Sequence record: NC_019405.1
DNA length: 64,000 nucleotides
Direction: 5' to 3' (one strand)
A program made the translations under genes and the position numbers. Positions 59,543-64,000 of this stretch are shown here, one piece after another. Below the pieces are notes generated by a model. It saw nothing but the letters and a program-made list of their open reading frames with translations. It searched no databases and was not told the DNA's origin. Within the stretch, counting starts at the first letter, position 1, and each line of letters starts with the position of its first letter.

Positions 59543-59995
59543 ATGCCTTATCCGATCCAGATCGATCCCATCATCCTCGCCCTCGGCAGCGCCTGGAAGG
59601 CGGCCGACGCCTTGGCGCTCGACCTGCGCCACAAGTGGTCCTGTGTCACCAATGACCGCAGCGCCTACGAGGCCTGGAAGATCGCCGACGACGTCCGCAA
59701 CGCCGCCTTCAAGGCCATGACCTACGCCCTGCCCGATCCGGGCAGGCCGGTGTTCATCAGCCCGACCGACTGGCTGGCCGACAAGGACAACTGGCGCACC
59801 GAGTACGCGCCCGTCCGGGTCTGGAATGGCGCGGACCACTACAAGGACTGGTACCCGTGCCTGGGCCACTACGAGTTCAACGTTCGCACCGGCGAGCGCT
59901 TCTACCGTGGGGCCGAGATGTTCGACCGCTGCGTCGAGGAGGCCGCCCGGCGCAATGCCGAGTACGCGGCATACTACGCCAAGCAGGCCGCATGA
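59543..59995 (+). CDS. hypothetical protein (150 aa)
   Basis: GGAGG SD inside the hairpin. Confidence 0.8.
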   Translation: MPYPIQIDPIILALGSAWKAADALALDLRHKWSCVTNDRSAYEAWKIADDVRNAAFKAMTYALPDPGRPVFISPTDWLADKDNWRTEYAPVRVWNGADHYKDWYPCLGHYEFNVRTGERFYRGAEMFDRCVEEAARRNAEYAAYYAKQAA

Positions 59996-60198
59996 CCGTC
60001 TCGCCCGAACTCGCCGCGCTCCTGGATGAGCAGCCCAAGGACAGCCCTCAAGCGGTCACGGCCTGGATGGCGCGGAAACTGGCCGATCGCCTGATCGTGG
60101 CCGTCCGGACGATGGACCGCCAGTCGGCCGATTACGAAGTCCAAGACGTCGCCGATGACCTGATCAAGCTCGCCAACATCGAAGAGTTCGGCGAATGA
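59992..60198 (+). CDS. hypothetical protein (68 aa)
   Basis: ATGA coupling. Confidence 0.7.
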   Translation: MTVSPELAALLDEQPKDSPQAVTAWMARKLADRLIVAVRTMDRQSADYEVQDVADDLIKLANIEEFGE

Positions 60199-60440
60199 AA
60201 TCCGTCCAGGTCCAGCGCGGCAAGACCACCTACCACGTCACCTTCGACGAGGCTGGGCAGGTCTCGTCGATCATCGGCGTCGCGGTGGTCGGCAAGGTCC
60301 CGCGCTACAAGGGCGGCACGCGCCGCGTCACCTATTCCGGCGCCGGCAACGGCTGGCACGCCAGCGCCGGCCGTCCCATCCCCATGCAGCTTCGCCCGAT
60401 CGCGGACGAGGCGTTCCAGATCAAGGAGGCCCAGACTTGA
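60195..60440 (+). CDS. hypothetical protein (81 aa)
   Basis: Coupled ORF. Confidence 0.7.
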   Translation: MKSVQVQRGKTTYHVTFDEAGQVSSIIGVAVVGKVPRYKGGTRRVTYSGAGNGWHASAGRPIPMQLRPIADEAFQIKEAQT

Positions 60441-61234
60441 GCGAGCTTTCCGCCCCGCACCAGCGGATCGTCAACAACGTGATCGACACGCTGGACCAAC
60501 TCGTCTTTCGCAACGGCAAGCCGCCGATGAGCGGCGAGATGCCCGGCAACATCGCCGACCTCGACAGCATCGCCGACAACATTTCGGCCGTCCTGGCGGC
60601 GCTTCCGAGCAACGCCGATCTGCTGACGAAGTATCTCTTCATCGCGCAAGGGATGTTCCGTTCGCTGGTCAATTACGAGACGGTCTCGCCGGACGAACTG
60701 CGCCGGCTGGCGCATGGCCTGCGCCCGTTCCACGCGATCTCCTCGCGCCGAGGGCTCTCGCAGGGCGCCCAGCAGACCCTCGACTTCATGGTTGAGGGCC
60801 TGCGCTTCCTGGCGGAGAACGACTGCGAGCCCCCGTCAGGCGGCGAGCAGATGTACAACCGCATCTCGCTCCTGAGCCGCACCGGCTCGGACGCCAAGCG
60901 CCTGCGCCAGGAGGCCCCCAGCCTCGCCGTGGTGATCACCCAGGTCGAGGCCCTGTTCATCGACCTGTGGCACTATCGCCCCATCGCCCTGAAGGACGTC
61001 AAGGACGCCTTGGAGGCCCTGGCGCCGTTCCGCACCCCGGTCATCCCGATCGTCGCGACGCCCGCGCCGGCGCCAAAGCCCGCCAGCCGCCCGGTCTCAA
61101 AGGCCGAGGCCCTGGAACTGCTCGACCACATCGCGGTCACGGCCTCCACTCTGCGGATGCAGATGGGGCCGGCCAACGCCGACATCACGCTGGAGCGGAT
61201 CAAGACGCTCGAAGCCTTCGTCAATCAGCAATAG
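60437..61234 (+). CDS. hypothetical helical protein (265 aa)
   Basis: TTG with AAGGAGG SD. Confidence 0.75.
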   Translation: MSELSAPHQRIVNNVIDTLDQLVFRNGKPPMSGEMPGNIADLDSIADNISAVLAALPSNADLLTKYLFIAQGMFRSLVNYETVSPDELRRLAHGLRPFHAISSRRGLSQGAQQTLDFMVEGLRFLAENDCEPPSGGEQMYNRISLLSRTGSDAKRLRQEAPSLAVVITQVEALFIDLWHYRPIALKDVKDALEALAPFRTPVIPIVATPAPAPKPASRPVSKAEALELLDHIAVTASTLRMQMGPANADITLERIKTLEAFVNQQ

Positions 61235-61243
61235 GGGACCAGC

Positions 61244-61693
61244 ATGACCACTCCGCTCTGTCTGAACCCGGACGGCGCCGACTTCCAGGCCCAGGCCGTC
61301 CTCGCCCTGGTCCGCTTCATCATCGGCGACGACTTCGAGCCGTCCTGGAACGCCCAGAAGCAGGTCTTCGAGGGCGAGCCCCAGGTCGCCCGCTTCGATA
61401 GCCCTCGCTGCCACGGCTACGTGATCTGGCTGGTCGATCACCGCGCGGCGGCGTTCGGCGGCGAGGCCCGGCAGATCAACATCACCATCTACCAGCACGG
61501 GGTCAGCGACGAGATCGTGATCAACGCGTGGCTGGGCGAGACCAACCGCTGGATGGTTCCGACCTATCACGACATGCCCGGCCTGGACCTGATGTACAAA
61601 CACGTCACCTTCCGCTGCCTGGACGTCAAGTCGGCCGCCTACTTCGTCACCGACCTGATGCAGGAGTTCTGGGTCCAGGGGACCGGCGCGTGA
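61244..61693 (+). CDS. hypothetical protein (149 aa)
   Basis: Codon bias; GA.FQAQAVLA.VR motif. Confidence 0.75.
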   Translation: MTTPLCLNPDGADFQAQAVLALVRFIIGDDFEPSWNAQKQVFEGEPQVARFDSPRCHGYVIWLVDHRAAAFGGEARQINITIYQHGVSDEIVINAWLGETNRWMVPTYHDMPGLDLMYKHVTFRCLDVKSAAYFVTDLMQEFWVQGTGA

Positions 61694-61992
61694 GCGACCA
61701 CGACGCCTGCCTGACCAACTGGGTCCTCTGTGATGCGCCCGGCGGCGGATTGGTGGTGATCGGCGAGATCATGGCCGACAAGCGCGGGCGATGGCCGGAC
61801 GGGCGGCTCATCCACACCTCGCTCCTCCAGGACAAGGCCGAGGCGGTGGCGCCGGGCGCGGTGATCGCCACGCTCAACTCCCGCTACATCCTGGGTCGCA
61901 AGGCCAAGGAGATCACCGTCCGACACTTCGTCGGGGCGATGCTCGCCCGCGTCGCGATCAGGCCGCTTGACAACACTCTCGCGCCAACATAG
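61690..61992 (+). CDS. hypothetical protein (100 aa)
   Basis: G.I..D.RGRWPDG..IHTS motif; its stop TAG is the promoter -10. Confidence 0.75.
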   Translation: MSDHDACLTNWVLCDAPGGGLVVIGEIMADKRGRWPDGRLIHTSLLQDKAEAVAPGAVIATLNSRYILGRKAKEITVRHFVGAMLARVAIRPLDNTLAPT

Positions 61993-62011
61993 AAGGGTCC
62001 TCGACGACAAC
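61967..62011 (+). promoter_or_regulatory. phage promoter cassette (spacer-operator type)
   Basis: TTGACA-ACACTCTCGCGCCAACA-TAGAAG then CGACGACAACG. Confidence 0.92.
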
Positions 62012-62059
62012 GGCTGTCCGAAATTTGTAGACAGATTTCGGACATAGAGGAGCACCCCG

Positions 62060-62443
62060 ATGGCCCAGCGCCTGAAGATCAAGGAAGTCGTGGTGGCGCA
62101 GCAGGACGCTGTCTACCACTGGCGTGGCGAGGAAGGCGACGAGTATCGGGTCATGAGCCTCGTTCACGTCCAGACCGTGGACGGCCGCTGGTTCCTGATG
62201 CCGGCCATGCGCCCCTTCACGCGCGCCGAGGAGGCCGCGTTCGACGAGGCTTGCGGGGAAATCCTGTTCGGGATGAAGACCCGCTACTCGGACCCGCAGG
62301 CGTTCGCCGACATCGTCCGCGCCGCCGGCTCGATCGATCCTGATCTGTGGGTCGAGTACCAGCCCGACACCCGCACCATCGAAGAGCGCTTCCACGACGA
62401 TTGGGTCGAGGAGCAGTTCGATCGCCAACGCTACGCCGCCTGA
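62060..62443 (+). CDS. hypothetical protein (127 aa)
   Basis: GAGGAG SD. Confidence 0.8.
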   Translation: MAQRLKIKEVVVAQQDAVYHWRGEEGDEYRVMSLVHVQTVDGRWFLMPAMRPFTRAEEAAFDEACGEILFGMKTRYSDPQAFADIVRAAGSIDPDLWVEYQPDTRTIEERFHDDWVEEQFDRQRYAA

Positions 62444-62453
62444 GGAGGACCCG

Positions 62454-62921
62454 ATGAGCTACCAACAAGCCATGATGGACGCCCAGGCGGAGTTCCACGC
62501 CCGCGAGATGGACGTCAGCGACCGCGCCTGGGAGCGCTTCGTCAAGAAGCTGGAGGACGTCCTGGGCTTCGACATCGACGCCGACAACTCCGAGGAGGCC
62601 AAGGCCTTCTACTGCGACATGGGCTACTCGCTCGACGAGACCTTCGAGATGTTCGACAAGGGCATGAGCGTCGAGCAGGCCCGCGTCGCCATCCTGCGCG
62701 GCGCCTATGAGGCCGCCGCCCGCGCCGCCGGCGTGGGCCTGGACGCCCTGGTCGAGGCCGAGAAGCGCGCGATCGCCTGCCGTGACGCCCTGCCCGAAAA
62801 GCGCAAGGTGGACCGCGAGCAATACGCCCACTACGCCGACCTGCTGGGCAAGATGATCGCCCGCATCCGCGAGGTCGGCGACGACTCGGGCGCGGCGCTT
62901 GAGAAGGCGTTCGGCCAATGA
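62454..62921 (+). CDS. hypothetical protein (155 aa)
   Basis: GAGGAGG SD. Confidence 0.8.
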   Translation: MSYQQAMMDAQAEFHAREMDVSDRAWERFVKKLEDVLGFDIDADNSEEAKAFYCDMGYSLDETFEMFDKGMSVEQARVAILRGAYEAAARAAGVGLDALVEAEKRAIACRDALPEKRKVDREQYAHYADLLGKMIARIREVGDDSGAALEKAFGQ

Positions 62922-63145
62922 GCGGCGGTCTCCACATGCGCCGGATCGATCACCCGCCGGGCCACGAGCTTCATGGCGTCACCGAGCGCGAGTTCGAGTG
63001 GTTCGGCAAGTCCTACCACGTGCGCAAGGAGTCTGGCGCCGTGCGGGTCTGGGTCCGCAAGAAGCGCGGGAGCCACTACCGCTTCCTGTCGCGCGACAGC
63101 GTGATCGCCGCCTGTGTGCGCCAAGCCTCGGGGCTCTTCCAATGA
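62918..63145 (+). CDS. hypothetical basic protein (75 aa)
   Basis: Coupled ORF. Confidence 0.65.
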   Translation: MSGGLHMRRIDHPPGHELHGVTEREFEWFGKSYHVRKESGAVRVWVRKKRGSHYRFLSRDSVIAACVRQASGLFQ

Positions 63146-63534
63146 GCCGCCCGTCGATCGCGGTGGTCGCCGCCACGCCCGCCCTGGCGCCCATGCACTG
63201 GGAGATCGTCGACCTCAAGGTCTGCGACGACAGCCGGGTCAAGCTGAACGGCGACGGGACGATGTACGCCCGCGCCGCCGATCCGACGGCGACGGGCTGG
63301 ATCGGGTTCAAGATCGTCCTGGGATGCTTCGCCACCTTCGCCGACGCCTACGAGGCGCGCAACAAGGCCCGGTCCCTCTGGTTCAAGATGGGCGAGATGG
63401 TCGACATCGCCGCCGACACCGTGGCCGCCGCCGAACGCGCCCTGGCAGGCGCCCGCGCCGCCCACGCCCTGGCTGAAACCGCCCAGCGCGCCGCCACCCG
63501 CGAGCCGTTCCTCGGCACGCCCACCGACTACTAG
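63142..63534 (+). CDS. hypothetical protein (130 aa)
   Basis: ATG 63142. Confidence 0.7.
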   Translation: MSRPSIAVVAATPALAPMHWEIVDLKVCDDSRVKLNGDGTMYARAADPTATGWIGFKIVLGCFATFADAYEARNKARSLWFKMGEMVDIAADTVAAAERALAGARAAHALAETAQRAATREPFLGTPTDY

Positions 63535-63542
63535 GAGGTCCC

Positions 63543-63920
63543 ATGCGTCAGCCCAAGAAGACCGAGCAGGCCTATATCGTGTCGGGGACGTGGCCGTTCC
63601 CGTCCGACATGCTACGCTATGACGACGCCCGCCCGGCGACCGAGGGCGACGCCAACCTGATCAAGGCCCTGGAGAGCGAGGACCCCTCGCTTTCGGACCT
63701 GCGCAACCGCGTCCAGATCAAGCTCATCCGCCCGGCCAACGGCCTGCCCGCCGTCAAGCGCTGGGAGTCCTTCCTCTGGAAGGTCGTGGGCGGCGACGAG
63801 GAGGTCGCGGCGGACGTGGCGTGGCGCGACGCCCTGGATAACCGCGACGCCCTGCGCAAGTCCGGCCTCGCCAAGCTGACCCCCGCCGAGCGCGCCGCGC
63901 TCAATCTCGACATCCGCTAG
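63543..63920 (+). CDS. hypothetical phage protein (125 aa)
   Basis: G.WPFP.DMLRYD...P...RW.SF.W motif; LAKLTP.ER.AL tail. Confidence 0.8.
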   Translation: MRQPKKTEQAYIVSGTWPFPSDMLRYDDARPATEGDANLIKALESEDPSLSDLRNRVQIKLIRPANGLPAVKRWESFLWKVVGGDEEVAADVAWRDALDNRDALRKSGLAKLTPAERAALNLDIR

Positions 63921-63934
63921 GACAAGGAGGTCCC

Positions 63935-64000
63935 ATGCCCTGCAATTCCGAATATCAACAGCCCAACCAGCGCGAAGCCGAGTCCAAGAAGGTCGCCGGC
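63935..64000 (+). CDS. hypothetical protein, runs off the right edge (partial)
   Basis: AAGGAGG SD then MPCNSEYQQPNQREAES. Confidence 0.7.
   Translation, partial: MPCNSEYQQPNQREAESKKVAG

Noticed and set aside
9487-62011. Repeated GACGACAACG and GTGTTGACA words as a CRISPR array or mobile-element ends
   Set aside because: Copies are kilobases apart, strand-polarised and tied to gene starts; there is no repeat-spacer periodicity, cas gene, transposase or target-site duplication

Overview
This 64 kb window is very GC-rich (about two-thirds GC, visual estimate), gene-dense DNA from a large lytic phage. It is most likely a phiCbK-like Caulobacter/alphaproteobacterial jumbo phage; this is inferred from a GcrA homologue, an alphaproteobacterial XRE regulator and the codon style. 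It contains no structural, packaging or full-length replication genes, and I found no tRNA, rRNA, CRISPR array or transposase. About 140 mostly small genes form two divergent arms: everything from 1 to 36,157 is on the minus strand and everything from 36,293 onward is on the plus strand. Recognisable products include NAMPT plus NadM-Nudix (NAD salvage), an HslV/proteasome-beta-like Thr protease, Pth2, a small HD alarmone hydrolase, a MazG-like protein, RtcB, an SPFH lipoprotein, ArdC, an acyl carrier protein, two HNH endonucleases, a HAD nucleotidase, an XRE HTH, GcrA and a PPP metallophosphoesterase. The most striking unexplained signals are: (1) an 81-aa protein beside gcrA built almost entirely from the conserved palm motifs of DNA polymerase I, with both catalytic aspartates but no fingers; (2) about 21 copies of a promoter cassette (TTGACA-17-TAG, then an ACGACAA leader) carrying a 19-bp operator-like element in two positions and orientations; (3) cassette copies whose predicted start site lies inside a terminator or SD-masking hairpin; and (4) a 586-aa protein ending in an orphan phosphohistidine swivel domain. 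All family calls come from motif recognition by eye, and no database search was run. Many starts were corrected from the ORF track using SD sequences and stop/start overlaps.
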